Made by a program: the position numbers and the translations under genes
In this document: in pieces, positions 20,788 through 32,356 of the stretch
Layout: each line of letters opens with the position of its first letter
Position numbering within the stretch: position 1 is the stretch's first letter
Assembly: GCA_001770655.1 (NCBI GenBank)
Contig: MERQ01000020.1
Coordinates: forward strand, 4,272 to 68,271
Reading direction: 5' to 3'
Origin: Betaproteobacteria bacterium RIFCSPLOWO2_12_FULL_68_20
Lineage (GTDB): Bacteria; Pseudomonadota; Gammaproteobacteria; Burkholderiales; SG8-39
Length of the DNA stretch: 64,000 nt
The notes under the pieces: model-generated
Database searches by the model: none
Told to the model about the DNA's origin: nothing
Seen by the model: only the letters and a program-made list of their open reading frames with translations

Positions 20788-21864
20788 CTAGCGCACGGCC
20801 GCGGGATAGGAGCCGAGCACCTTGAGGAACGGCGCGATCTGCTTGAGCTCGGCGAGCGCCGCCGCGACCGGCGCATCCTTGCGGTGCCCCTCGACGTCGA
20901 TGAAGAACACGTATTCCCAGAGCACCGTGCGCATGGCGCGCGCGGGCCGCGATTCGATGCGCGTCATGCTCACGCGGTGCGCGGCGAGCGGCGTGAGCAG
21001 CGCGTGCACCGCGCCGGGCCTGTTCTCGGCCGACATCACCAGCGAGGTGCGGTCGTTGCCGGTGGGCTCCGGCTCGAGGTTGCCGAGCACGAGAAAGCGC
21101 GTGGTGTTGTTCGAATCGTCCTCGATCGAGCGCGCCACCACGTTCAGCCGGTAGCGCCCGGAGGCCGCTTCGCCCGCGATCGCCGCGGTTCCCTCCTCCA
21201 TGCTCGCTCGCAGCGCCGCCTCGGCGTTGGAGCCCACCGGCACTCGCTCGGCGTGCGGCATGTTGCGCGAGAGCCAGTCGTCGCACTGCGCGAGGGACTG
21301 GGCATGCGAGTACACGCGTCGCACCGCGGCAAGGTCGGTGGAGCGCGAAAGCAGGCTCTGCTGCACGCGCAGCTCGATCTCCGCGCAGATCCTGAGCGGC
21401 GTGACGAGCAGCAGGTCGAGGGTGCGGCCGACCGCGCCCTCGGTCGAGTTCTCGACCGGCACGACCGCGAACTGCACCGCCCCCGCCTCGCAGCGGCGCA
21501 ACGCCTCGTCCACCGATCCGGCGGGGAGCGCCTGCACGCCGTGCCCGAAGTGCTTGCGCACCGCCTGCTCGCTGAAGGTGCCCTCGGGCCCGAGGTAGGC
21601 GACCGCGATCGCCTCCTCGAGGCTGCGGCAGGCCGAGATCAGCTCGCGGAACACCGCGGCGACGCGCTCGGCGCCGAGCGGGCCGCGGTTCGCCTGGGTC
21701 ACGCGCCGCAGGATCTCGGTCTCGCGTTCGGGGCGGTAGGCGGGCGCGCCGTCCTTCAGGCCGCCGATCCGCTGCGCGATCGCGGCGCGGCGGCCGATCA
21801 GCCCGAGCAGTTCGTCGTCCAGCGCGTCGATCTCCTTGCGCAGCTTTTCGATCTCGTCCGCCAT
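20788..21864 (-). CDS. pheA: Chorismate mutase/prephenate dehydratase
   Basis: N-terminal CM domain (LRKEIDALD...RPERE), PVENSTEG, NTTRF and an ACT domain with IESRP. Confidence 0.93.
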   Translation of the reverse strand: MADEIEKLRKEIDALDDELLGLIGRRAAIAQRIGGLKDGAPAYRPERETEILRRVTQANRGPLGAERVAAVFRELISACRSLEEAIAVAYLGPEGTFSEQAVRKHFGHGVQALPAGSVDEALRRCEAGAVQFAVVPVENSTEGAVGRTLDLLLVTPLRICAEIELRVQQSLLSRSTDLAAVRRVYSHAQSLAQCDDWLSRNMPHAERVPVGSNAEAALRASMEEGTAAIAGEAASGRYRLNVVARSIEDDSNNTTRFLVLGNLEPEPTGNDRTSLVMSAENRPGAVHALLTPLAAHRVSMTRIESRPARAMRTVLWEYVFFIDVEGHRKDAPVAAALAELKQIAPFLKVLGSYPAAVR

Positions 21865-21869
21865 CGCCC

Positions 21870-23060
21870 TCAGTCTACCGGGAGATAGCGTACCGCGAGC
21901 ACGCCGGCGAGCCGCCGCAGGTCTTCGAGCGCCTCGCCGGCGACGGGACTGTCGACGTCGACCAGCGTGTAGGCCATCTCGCCCCTGGACTTGTTGAGCA
22001 TGTTGTGGATGTTGATGCGCCGCTTGCCGAGCGCGTGCGAGATCGAAGCGAGCATGTCCGGGACGTTGGCGTTGGCGATCGCGAGGCGGTAGGGCGCCTC
22101 GCGCGACATCTCGGCATCGGGAAAGTTGACCGCGTTGCGCAAAATTCCGTGCTCGAGGCAGTCGCGCAGCTGGTCGACCACCATCACGGCGCAGTTCTCC
22201 TCCGCCTCGCGCGTCGAGGCGCCGAGGTGCGGCAGCGCCATGACGCCCGGCTTGCCGATGAGCGCCGCGGTCGGGAAATCGGTCACGTACCACCTCGGGC
22301 GTTGCTGCGCCAGCCCCTTCAGCACGGCCGCGTCGTCGACCACGGCCTCGCGCGAGAAGTTGAGCAGGATCGCGCCGGGCCGCAGCAGCTCGATGCTCTT
22401 CGCGTTGACGAGGTGGCGCGTGCGCTCCGCGAGCGGCACGTGCAGCGTGACGAAATGGCTCGACTTCAGGACTTCCTCGATCGACACCGCGCGGCGCACC
22501 TGGGAAGGCAGGCTCCAGGCGGCGTCCACCGTGATGTCGGGGTCGTAGCCGAGCACGTTCATGCCCAGGCGGATCGCGCCGTCGGCGACCAGGCTCCCGA
22601 CCTTGCCAAGGCCCACGACCCCGAGCGTGTGTCCCGGCAGCTCGACCCCGGCGAATTGCTTTTTGCCTTCCTCGACGCGGCGATCCAGGTCCGCCGCCTC
22701 GCCCAGTCCGCGCACGAAATCGAGTGCGGGCCCGAGGTTGCGCGCGGCGAGCAGCATGCCGGCGAGCACCAGCTCCTTCACCGCGTTGGCGTTCGCGCCG
22801 GGAGCATTGAACACCGGAATGCCGCGCGCCGTGAGCGCCTTGACCGGGATGTTGTTCACGCCGGCGCCGGCGCGCCCGACCGCCTTCAGGCTCGGACCGA
22901 AGGCGTAGGCGTGCAGGTCCTGCGAGCGCACCAGGATCGCATCCGGATCCGACGCTTCCTTGACGACCGAGTAGCGCTCGGCAGGCAGGCGCTTCAGGCC
23001 CGACGCGGAGATCTGGTTGACGACGAGGATCTCGGATTTCTTTGCGTGCGCCTTAGCCAT
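21870..23060 (-). CDS. serA: D-3-phosphoglycerate dehydrogenase (with ACT domain)
   Basis: [23 protein letters not shown] and PHLGAST; located between serC and pheA. Confidence 0.88.
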   Translation of the reverse strand: MAKAHAKKSEILVVNQISASGLKRLPAERYSVVKEASDPDAILVRSQDLHAYAFGPSLKAVGRAGAGVNNIPVKALTARGIPVFNAPGANANAVKELVLAGMLLAARNLGPALDFVRGLGEAADLDRRVEEGKKQFAGVELPGHTLGVVGLGKVGSLVADGAIRLGMNVLGYDPDITVDAAWSLPSQVRRAVSIEEVLKSSHFVTLHVPLAERTRHLVNAKSIELLRPGAILLNFSREAVVDDAAVLKGLAQQRPRWYVTDFPTAALIGKPGVMALPHLGASTREAEENCAVMVVDQLRDCLEHGILRNAVNFPDAEMSREAPYRLAIANANVPDMLASISHALGKRRINIHNMLNKSRGEMAYTLVDVDSPVAGEALEDLRRLAGVLAVRYLPVD

Positions 23061-24134
23061 GCCGCGCCTCGAACTCCTTCATGTAGCCGGCCAGCCGCTC
23101 GACGCCCTCGAGCGGCATCGCGTTGTAGATCGAGGCGCGCATGCCGCCGACCGAGCGGTGGCCCTTCAGCTGCACCATGCCGCGCTCTTCGGCCCCCTTC
23201 AGGAAAGGGGCGTCGAGGCGTTCATCGGGCACGCGGAACGGCACGTTCATGCGCGAGCGGTCGGCCTTCTCGACCGGATTGCGATAAAAGCCGCTCGAAT
23301 CGAGCAAATCGTACAGCAGCTTCGCTTTCGCGACGTTGCGCCGCTCGATCTCGGGGAGCCCGCCGAGGGCCTTGAGCCACTTGAGCACCAGCCCGGCGAT
23401 GTAGATCGCGTAGGTGGCGGGAGTGTTCAGCATCGAGTCTGCCGCGGCCTGCAGCTTGTAGTCCATGACCGTGGGCGTTCCTTTCGCCGCCCGGCCGAGC
23501 AGGTCCTCGCGCACGATGACGATGGTGAGCCCCGCCGGGCCGACGTTCTTCTGCGCGCCCGCGTAGATCAGGCCGAAGCGCGACACCTCGAGCGGCCGCG
23601 ACAGGAAGTGCGACGAGGCGTCGGCCACCAGCGGCACGCTTCCCGTGTCGGGAACCCAGTGGAACTCGACGCCGCCGATCGTCTCGTTCGAGCAGTAGTG
23701 CACGTAGGCGGCGTCCGGGCGCAGCTTCCACGCCGGCTGCGGCGGCGCGTAGGTGAAGCTGCGGTCTTCGGAACTCGCGGCGATGTGCACGTCGCAGTAC
23801 GCTTTGGCCTCCTTGATCGCCTTCTTGGACCATTCGCCGGTATTCACGTAGTCGGCCTTGCCTTTGCCGCCGAGCAGGTTCATCGGCACCTGTGCGAACT
23901 GCAGCGTCGCCCCGCCCTGCAGAAACAGCACCTTGTAGTGCGCGGGAATCGCCAGCAGCTCGCGCAGGTCGCGCTCGGCCTCGGCGGCGATCGAGATGAA
24001 CTCTTTCCCGCGGTGGCTCATCTCCATCACGCACATGCCGCTGCCGTGCCAGTCGAGCATCTCGTCGCCGGCGCGCGCCAGCACCTCTGCGGGCAGAATC
24101 GCCGGCCCCGGGCTGAAATTGAATATGCGCGACA

Positions 24135-24135
<1 letters not shown>
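23053..24135 (-). CDS. serC: Phosphoserine aminotransferase
   Basis: [28 protein letters not shown] and [11 protein letters not shown]. Confidence 0.95.
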
Positions 24136-26741
<2,606 letters not shown>

Positions 26742-26944
26742 GGGCGGGCGGGGGCCGCGCCGGCGCCACCGGCGACGGCGAGGATCGGCCTCTTGAGCGA
26801 GCCGAATTTTATCATGCGCGAGCGCGCCGGCCCGGTCGCAAGCGCCCGTTTTCCCTCGAAAATCGGCCTCTCTCGCGCTTGTCGGAACCCGCGTCGGTGT
26901 GCTTAAATCGGCTTCGTCCGTCAACCACCAAAAAGGGGATCGAG

Positions 26945-27610
26945 GTGAAGACGACCAGGCTGCTGTTCAGCGCGACGTTCGCCGCCGTCGTGGCCGGCAC
27001 GAGCGGAGTCGCAAGCGCGCAAGCGACGCAAGGCTACTGGACCGCGCCGGCTGCGGGCGGTGCGGTATGGAGGAACGCGTTCGGCCAGTGCTGGCGCGCG
27101 AGCTACTGGACTCCTGCGATGGCGAGCGCCGAGTGCGATCCAGGGCTCGCGCCGAAACCGGCGCCGAAAGTCGCGCCGCCGCCTCCCCCGCCGCCCGCGC
27201 CCAAGCCGGCGGCGAAACCCGCCGCGAAGCCCAAGGTGCTCTCGATCACCTCGACCGAGCTGTTCGGGTTCAACAGCTCGACGCTGTCGAAGGAGGCGCA
27301 GGCCAAGCTCGACAAGGAGGTGATCGCGCGCACCAAAGAGTTCGCGGTGATCCGGTTCATCAACGTGAGCGGCCACACCGACCGGCTCGGCTCGGCGCAG
27401 TACAACCAGAAGCTCTCGGAGCGGCGCGCCGAGGCGGTGAAGAGATACATGGTCTCCCGGGGCTTCGATGCGTCCAAGATCGAGACCTACGGCTTCGGCA
27501 AGACCACGCCGGTGAAGAGCTGTCCCGACGTGAAGAGCCGCAAGGCGCTCATCGAGTGCCTGGCGCCGAACCGCCGGGTGGTGGTCGACATTCAGGGCAC
27601 GCCCAGGTAG
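26945..27610 (+). CDS. OmpA-family peptidoglycan-binding protein, copy 1
   Basis: Signal peptide, Cys-containing N-terminal module, Pro/Ala/Lys linker, and an OmpA_C domain with [17 protein letters not shown] and CLAPNRRV. Confidence 0.85.
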   Translation: MKTTRLLFSATFAAVVAGTSGVASAQATQGYWTAPAAGGAVWRNAFGQCWRASYWTPAMASAECDPGLAPKPAPKVAPPPPPPPAPKPAAKPAAKPKVLSITSTELFGFNSSTLSKEAQAKLDKEVIARTKEFAVIRFINVSGHTDRLGSAQYNQKLSERRAEAVKRYMVSRGFDASKIETYGFGKTTPVKSCPDVKSRKALIECLAPNRRVVVDIQGTPR

Positions 27611-27628
27611 CCGGGCGGTCCGGAGGAC

Positions 27629-27663
27629 AAGAAGGCCCCGTCAGCCCGGGGCCTTCTTTATTT
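27629..27663 (+). terminator. Intrinsic terminator-like hairpin
   Basis: 12-bp stem AAGAAGGCCCCG / CGGGGCCTTCTT followed by TATTT. Confidence 0.7.
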
Positions 27664-28986
27664 ATGGCAGACGCTTTCCTGGTCCGCGCGAAGTGGGTGG
27701 TCCCGGTCGAGCCCGCGGGCGCGGTGCTCGATGACCACGCGGTCGCGGTGCGCGAGGGCAGGATCGAGGCGCTGCTTCCCGCCGGCGAGGCGGCAGCGCG
27801 CTTCGCGGGCTACCAGACCATCGAGCTTTCCGAGCACGCCCTGATCCCGGGGCTGGTCAACGCGCACACGCACGCCGCGATGTCGCTCATGCGCGGCATG
27901 TCGGACGACCTGCCGCTCATGCGCTGGCTCGAGGATCACATCTGGCCGGCCGAGATGAAGCATGTCTCGCCCGAGTTCGTGCACGACGGCACGCTGCTTG
28001 CCTGCGCCGAGATGCTGCACGGCGGCGTGACCTGCTTCAACGACATGTACTTCTTTCCGGAGGCGGCGCTGCAGGCCGCGCTCGAGGCGGGCATGCGCGC
28101 GGCGCTCGGCATGATCGTGGTGGAGTTCCCGACCGCGTACGCCTCCGACCCGGCCGACTACCTGCGCAAGGGCCTGGAGCTGCGCGACCGGTACCGCGAC
28201 CATCCGCTCGTGTCGTTCTGCTTCGCTCCGCACGCGCCCTACACGGTGTCCGACGCCACGTTCCGCCAGGTGGCGACGCTCGCGGCAGAGCTCGATGCGC
28301 CGGTGCACCTGCATGTGCACGAGACCGCCGACGAAATCGAGCGCTCGATCGCCGAGCACGGCGTGCGCCCGCTCGAGCGGCTGCGCAGGCTCGGGCTGCT
28401 CGGCCCGAACCTGATCTCGGTGCATTCGGTGCACCTCGACGAAGCCGAGATCGCGCTGCTCGGGCGGCACGGCTGCTCGGTGGCGCATTGCCCGTCCTCG
28501 AACCTCAAGCTCGCGAGCGGCTTCGCCCCGGTCGCGGCGCTCGCTCGAGCGGGCGTGAATCTTGCGCTCGGCACCGACGGCGCGGCCAGCAACAACCGCC
28601 TCGACATGTTCCAGGAAATGCGCACGGCGGCCCTGCTCGCGAAGGCGGTGGCGCGCGACCCGGCGGCGCTGCCCGCGCACGACGCGCTGCGCGCGGCGAC
28701 CCTGGGCGGCGCGCGCGCTCTCGGCATCGAGGCGGTCGCGGGCTCGATCCGCGCCGGCAAGTCGGCCGATCTCGTCGCGGTGAGCCTGCGCGGTCCCGAG
28801 CTGGTGCCCTGCTACGACCCCGTATCGCACCTCGTCTATGCGGCCGGGCGGGAAAACGTCACCCACGTGTGGGTCGCGGGGCGTATGCTCGTGCGCGAGG
28901 GAAAGCTGCAAAATCCCTCATTTTCAGGCTTGGACACCCGGTGGCAGATGTGGCAAAATGCCCTCAGGCCGCATGCAGACTCTTGA
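27664..28986 (+). CDS. mtaD: TRZ/ATZ-family amidohydrolase (5'-methylthioadenosine/SAH deaminase-like)
   Basis: PGLVNAHTHAAM, APHAPY, HVHET, HCPSSNLKL and GTDGAASNN. Confidence 0.8.
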   Translation: MADAFLVRAKWVVPVEPAGAVLDDHAVAVREGRIEALLPAGEAAARFAGYQTIELSEHALIPGLVNAHTHAAMSLMRGMSDDLPLMRWLEDHIWPAEMKHVSPEFVHDGTLLACAEMLHGGVTCFNDMYFFPEAALQAALEAGMRAALGMIVVEFPTAYASDPADYLRKGLELRDRYRDHPLVSFCFAPHAPYTVSDATFRQVATLAAELDAPVHLHVHETADEIERSIAEHGVRPLERLRRLGLLGPNLISVHSVHLDEAEIALLGRHGCSVAHCPSSNLKLASGFAPVAALARAGVNLALGTDGAASNNRLDMFQEMRTAALLAKAVARDPAALPAHDALRAATLGGARALGIEAVAGSIRAGKSADLVAVSLRGPELVPCYDPVSHLVYAAGRENVTHVWVAGRMLVREGKLQNPSFSGLDTRWQMWQNALRPHADS

Positions 28987-29026
28987 TACGAAAAAGCTTT
29001 CGGACAAATCACAAGCGAGGGATGGC

Positions 29027-29680
29027 ATGATCAGGAAAGTGTGGATGTTGCTGGTCGCGGCGGCGGGAATCGCGATGGCCGCGATGCCGCTCAACGTTGC
29101 CGCTCAATCCAAGGACGGCTACTGGACCGCGCCTGCGGCCGGGAATGAGATCTGGAAGAGCGGGTTCGGCCTGTGCTGGCGTGCCAGCTACTGGACACCC
29201 GCGATGGCGGTTCCCGAGTGCGATCCGACTCTCGCACCGAAGCCGGCGCCCACGGTGACGCCGCCGCCTCCGCCTCCGCCTCCGCCCGTGCCCGCACCCA
29301 AGCCCGTGCCGAAACCGAAGCCAGTGGCGGCGAAGGTCACCTTCGCGGCCGACGTGCTGTTCGACTTCGACAAATCGGTGATCAAGCCCGAAGGCCGCTC
29401 CAGGCTCGACGACCTCGCGGCCAAGGTCACGGCCATCAACCTCGAGGTGGTGATCGCGATCGGCCACACCGACTCGATCGGCTCCGACGCCTACAACCAG
29501 AAGCTGTCGGTGCGCCGCGCCGAGGCGGTTAAGGCTTACCTGGTGTCGAAGGGCATCGCTTCGAACCGCATCTACACCGAAGGCAAGGGCGAGAAGCAGC
29601 CGGTGGCGAGCAACAAGACCCGCGACGGCCGGCAGAAGAACCGGCGCGTCGAGGTCGAGATCATCGGCACGCGCAAGTAA
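29027..29680 (+). CDS. ompA: OmpA-family peptidoglycan-binding protein, copy 2
   Basis: Signal peptide, the same N-terminal module as copy 1, LFDFDKS, GHTDSIGS and NRRVEVE; directly upstream of ubiG. Confidence 0.9.
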   Translation: MIRKVWMLLVAAAGIAMAAMPLNVAAQSKDGYWTAPAAGNEIWKSGFGLCWRASYWTPAMAVPECDPTLAPKPAPTVTPPPPPPPPPVPAPKPVPKPKPVAAKVTFAADVLFDFDKSVIKPEGRSRLDDLAAKVTAINLEVVIAIGHTDSIGSDAYNQKLSVRRAEAVKAYLVSKGIASNRIYTEGKGEKQPVASNKTRDGRQKNRRVEVEIIGTRK

Positions 29681-29700
29681 CCGCGCCCCGCTCCGAAGAA

Positions 29701-29728
29701 GGCCCTGCCTCGGCAGGGCCTTTTTTTT
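29701..29728 (+). terminator. Rho-independent terminator
   Basis: GGCCCTGC-CTCG-GCAGGGCC followed by T8. Confidence 0.85.
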
Positions 29729-29742
29729 GCGAAAATGCAACC

Positions 29743-30450
29743 GTGAGCGCTACCCCGAACGCCGATCCCGCCGAGCTGGAGAAGTTCGACCGGCTGGCGC
29801 ACCGCTGGTGGGACCCGCACGGCGATTTCCGGCCGCTGCACGAGATCAACCCGCTGCGCCTGGAATGGATCGAGCGCCACGCCGCTCTCGGAGGAAGGGA
29901 AGTGCTCGACGTCGGCTGCGGCGGCGGCATCCTTGCCGAGGCGATGGCGAGGCGCGGCGCGCGGGTCACCGGAATCGACCTCGCCGAGGAAACGCTCAGG
30001 GTCGCGCAACTGCACCTGCACGAAAGCCGGCTCGCGGTCCGCTACGAGCGCGCCGACGTGGAGGAATTCGCCGCGCTGCACGCCGGCTCGTTCGACTTCG
30101 TCACCTGCATGGAGCTGCTCGAGCACGTGCCGCAGCCCGCCGGCATGGTGGCCGCCTGCGCGCGCCTCGCGAGACCGGGCGGGAAGGTATTCTTCTCCAC
30201 CATCAATCGCAACCCGAAGTCGTATCTCCTCGCCGTGATCGGCGCCGAGTACGTCCTGAAGCTTCTGCCGAAGGGCACCCACGACTACACGCGCTTCATC
30301 AAGCCTTCGGAGCTCGCCCGCTGGTGCCGCGCGAGCGGCCTGTTGCCGACAGAAATGATCGGCATGACCTACAACGCCCTCTCCAGGCGCTACCGCCTCG
30401 GCGCGGACTGCGACGTCAACTACCTCCTGTGCTGCGTGCGTGAAGACTAG
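29743..30450 (+). CDS. ubiG: Ubiquinone biosynthesis O-methyltransferase
   Basis: WWDPHG..PLHEINP, LDVGCGGG, MELLEHVP and GTHDY. Confidence 0.95.
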   Translation: MSATPNADPAELEKFDRLAHRWWDPHGDFRPLHEINPLRLEWIERHAALGGREVLDVGCGGGILAEAMARRGARVTGIDLAEETLRVAQLHLHESRLAVRYERADVEEFAALHAGSFDFVTCMELLEHVPQPAGMVAACARLARPGGKVFFSTINRNPKSYLLAVIGAEYVLKLLPKGTHDYTRFIKPSELARWCRASGLLPTEMIGMTYNALSRRYRLGADCDVNYLLCCVRED

Positions 30451-31087
30451 GGCGGTGCTGTTCGATTTCGACGGCACCCTGGCGGATACGGCGCCGGACC
30501 TGGGCGCGGCGGTCAACCGCCTGCGACGCGAGCGCGGCCTGGCCGAGCTTTCGATCGGGGAAATCCGCCCGTATGCCTCGAGCGGAGCGCGCGGCATGCT
30601 GAACGTGGGACTCGGCCTCGCGCCCGGGCACGACGACTACGAGCGCATGCGCGACGCGTTCCTCGAGCTCTACGCCGAGCGCGTGTGCGTCGACACGCGG
30701 CTCTTCCCCGGCATCCCCGAGCTGATCCGCGAGATCGAGTCGCGCGGCCTTCCCTGGGGCATCGTCACCAACAAGGCGATGCGCTTCACCGCGCGCCTGG
30801 TCGAGGCGCTCGGAATTCAGCCCGCCTGCGTGGTGGGCGGCGACTCGACGCCGCACATCAAGCCGCACCCAGCGCCGCTGCTGCATGCGAGCGAGCTGCT
30901 CGGCCTGCCGCCCGGGCATTGCTGCTACGTCGGCGACGATCTGCGCGACGTGCAGGCGGCGCGCTCGGCCGGCATGATGGCCGTGGCGGTCGAGTACGGC
31001 TACAGCGCGGGAAACGACGGCGGCCCGCGGTCGTGGAACGCCGATGCCGTCATCTCGCAGCCGCTCGACTTGATCGCCCGGCTCTAG
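30440..31087 (+). CDS. gph: HAD-family phosphoglycolate phosphatase
   Basis: FDFDGTLADT, VTNK, KPHP and YVGDDLRD; follows ubiG. Confidence 0.85.
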   Translation: MKTRAVLFDFDGTLADTAPDLGAAVNRLRRERGLAELSIGEIRPYASSGARGMLNVGLGLAPGHDDYERMRDAFLELYAERVCVDTRLFPGIPELIREIESRGLPWGIVTNKAMRFTARLVEALGIQPACVVGGDSTPHIKPHPAPLLHASELLGLPPGHCCYVGDDLRDVQAARSAGMMAVAVEYGYSAGNDGGPRSWNADAVISQPLDLIARL

Positions 31088-31220
31088 TCCCCATATGAGA
31101 TAATGAACGCGATTTCGCAGCGAAACGGGGGCGACCTGGTTTCGACGCGGGTCACGAAGCAGCGCAGGGCATGCCGAGGACCAGATCACCTCGCAAATCC
31201 AGTCTGGAAACACTACAAAC

Positions 31221-31253
31221 GCCAACGACGAGCGTTTCGCTCTAGCGGCCTAA
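31221..31253 (+). other. tmRNA proteolysis tag reading frame (A)ANDERFALAA
   Basis: GCC AAC GAC GAG CGT TTC GCT CTA GCG GCC TAA. Confidence 0.9.
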
Positions 31254-31479
31254 TACCCGCTGGACGCTGCACTAGCTTGCTGATGGGCTAGGCCTTCGAA
31301 AGAAGGTGCAGCGTCATTCACATCAGCCCCTCTTCCCGGCTTGGCCGCTTGGCCGGGAGGATCCGTCGAAGCGGCTGGCCGAGCGTCAGCCTGCCGGCCG
31401 GCGGGCGCAAGGCGAGACCCAAACGACCTGGCTAAGCATGTAGTCCTGACTGTGTAGGGCTTGCGGACGCGGGTTCGAT

Positions 31480-31744
31480 CAGCATGGTCGCCTCTGCCCG
31501 AGAGGGCAGAGTGACAACGGGGCTCACATCGGCGAACCCTGTGCTGCCGAAAAGCAGCGTGGCAACGCCGAGGGGTAGGAAGAGGGCCAACCTCAGGCCT
31601 GCCCTGTAGAGACTCATAGAACCGCTGGGGGAAACCTGAGCGGCCACTAGGACCCGGCCGGTGCAAGGCCGGGTAACACGCCCCGCATCCTGGCGACAGG
31701 ATGAAGGCATAGTCCAGCCCGCCCCGAAAGGGGTGGAACAGCTG
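31480..31744 (+). mobile_element. Group I self-splicing intron (265 nt, no internal ORF) in the tmRNA T-loop
   Basis: P1 has a U31479-G31487 wobble at the 5' splice site and the intron ends in G31744. Other elements: P2 CTCTGCCC-GAGA-GGGCAGAG; P3 CGGGGC/GCCCCG; P4-P5 region TCGGCGAACCC...GGCAACGCCGAG; P7 GAGACT/AGTCC; J8/7 AAGGCAT; P8 and P9 GNRA hairpins; P9.0 AGC/GCT. Confidence 0.92.
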
Positions 31745-31766
31745 TCCCGCCGCCTCCACCAAATCC

Positions 31767-31800
31767 ACGGCTGCCCGCTTAGGGCAGCCGTCTTCTTTTC
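31767..31800 (+). terminator. ssrA terminator
   Basis: ACGGCTGCCC-GCTTA-GGGCAGCCGT followed by CTTCTTTTC. Confidence 0.8.
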
Positions 31801-31833
31801 CGGCGGGTGGACGTTAGTCCTCTCTCATACGCC

Positions 31834-32280
31834 ATGAGCCGTCCTCGCCTCGTCCACCGTTTGCAGTCCGATTGCGCCGCCTATCTTGCCGGACTGATCG
31901 ACGGCGAGGGAACCGTAACCCTGACGCGATTGCATCGGTACGGAAATCGACGGCTTGTCGTATCCATCAGCAACTGCGAACTCGCGATTCTCGAGCACGT
32001 CAGGAACGGCATCGGCGCTGGAAAGATAACGTCAAAGAAGACGTACCGCGAGCACCACGCGAGAAGCTTTACGTATCAGATTTCGAGCCGCCAGGCGCTC
32101 CAGCTTCTCGTTCAGGTCGTCGGTTTCATGAAATCGTACAAGGCCGAGCGGGCCCGGCTGGCGCTCCTTGAATATCTGCGAGTCACCCCGAGAAACGGCC
32201 ACTATCGGCCCGAGGTGGCGGTCGCTCGACGCAATTTCGAGGCGAGACTGCTCGCAATCGTTCCGCGACTTGCAAGCTGA
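31834..32280 (+). CDS. Free-standing single-motif LAGLIDADG homing endonuclease
   Basis: AAYLAGLIDGEGTVTL is a canonical LAGLIDADG helix, followed by basic beta-strand segments (RRLVVSISN, GKITSKKTY, SFTYQISS). 148 aa from ATG 31834; GTG at 31807 is an alternative start. Confidence 0.88.
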   Translation: MSRPRLVHRLQSDCAAYLAGLIDGEGTVTLTRLHRYGNRRLVVSISNCELAILEHVRNGIGAGKITSKKTYREHHARSFTYQISSRQALQLLVQVVGFMKSYKAERARLALLEYLRVTPRNGHYRPEVAVARRNFEARLLAIVPRLAS

Positions 32281-32356
32281 ACGCCGTGGTTCGCCGGCCC
32301 GACTCCCTCCGCCAATCGGGTCTCCGGATAGAATCCGCGCTTTTCCTGGGACTCTC

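Larger units (their letters stand above)
31127..31761 (+). ncRNA. ssrA: tmRNA, interrupted by an intron (exons 31127-31479 and 31745-31761; mature RNA about 370 nt)
   Basis: 5' GGGGGCGACCTGGTTTCGAC pairs with 3' CGCCTCCACCA, including the G3-U alanine identity pair. The tag ORF is present. Joining the exons restores the T-arm GCGGG-TTCGATT-CCCGC. Confidence 0.95.

Noticed and set aside
31801-31807. CGGCGGG is complementary to the ssrA 3' exon CCCGCCG
   Set aside because: It is only 7 bp in GC-rich DNA and lies beyond the terminator.
32288-32315. GGTTCG...CGACTCCCTCCGCCA after the endonuclease loosely resembles the ssrA 3' end (possible attR)
   Set aside because: The match is short, gapped and GC-rich, there is no integrase, and it is not distinguishable from chance by eye.
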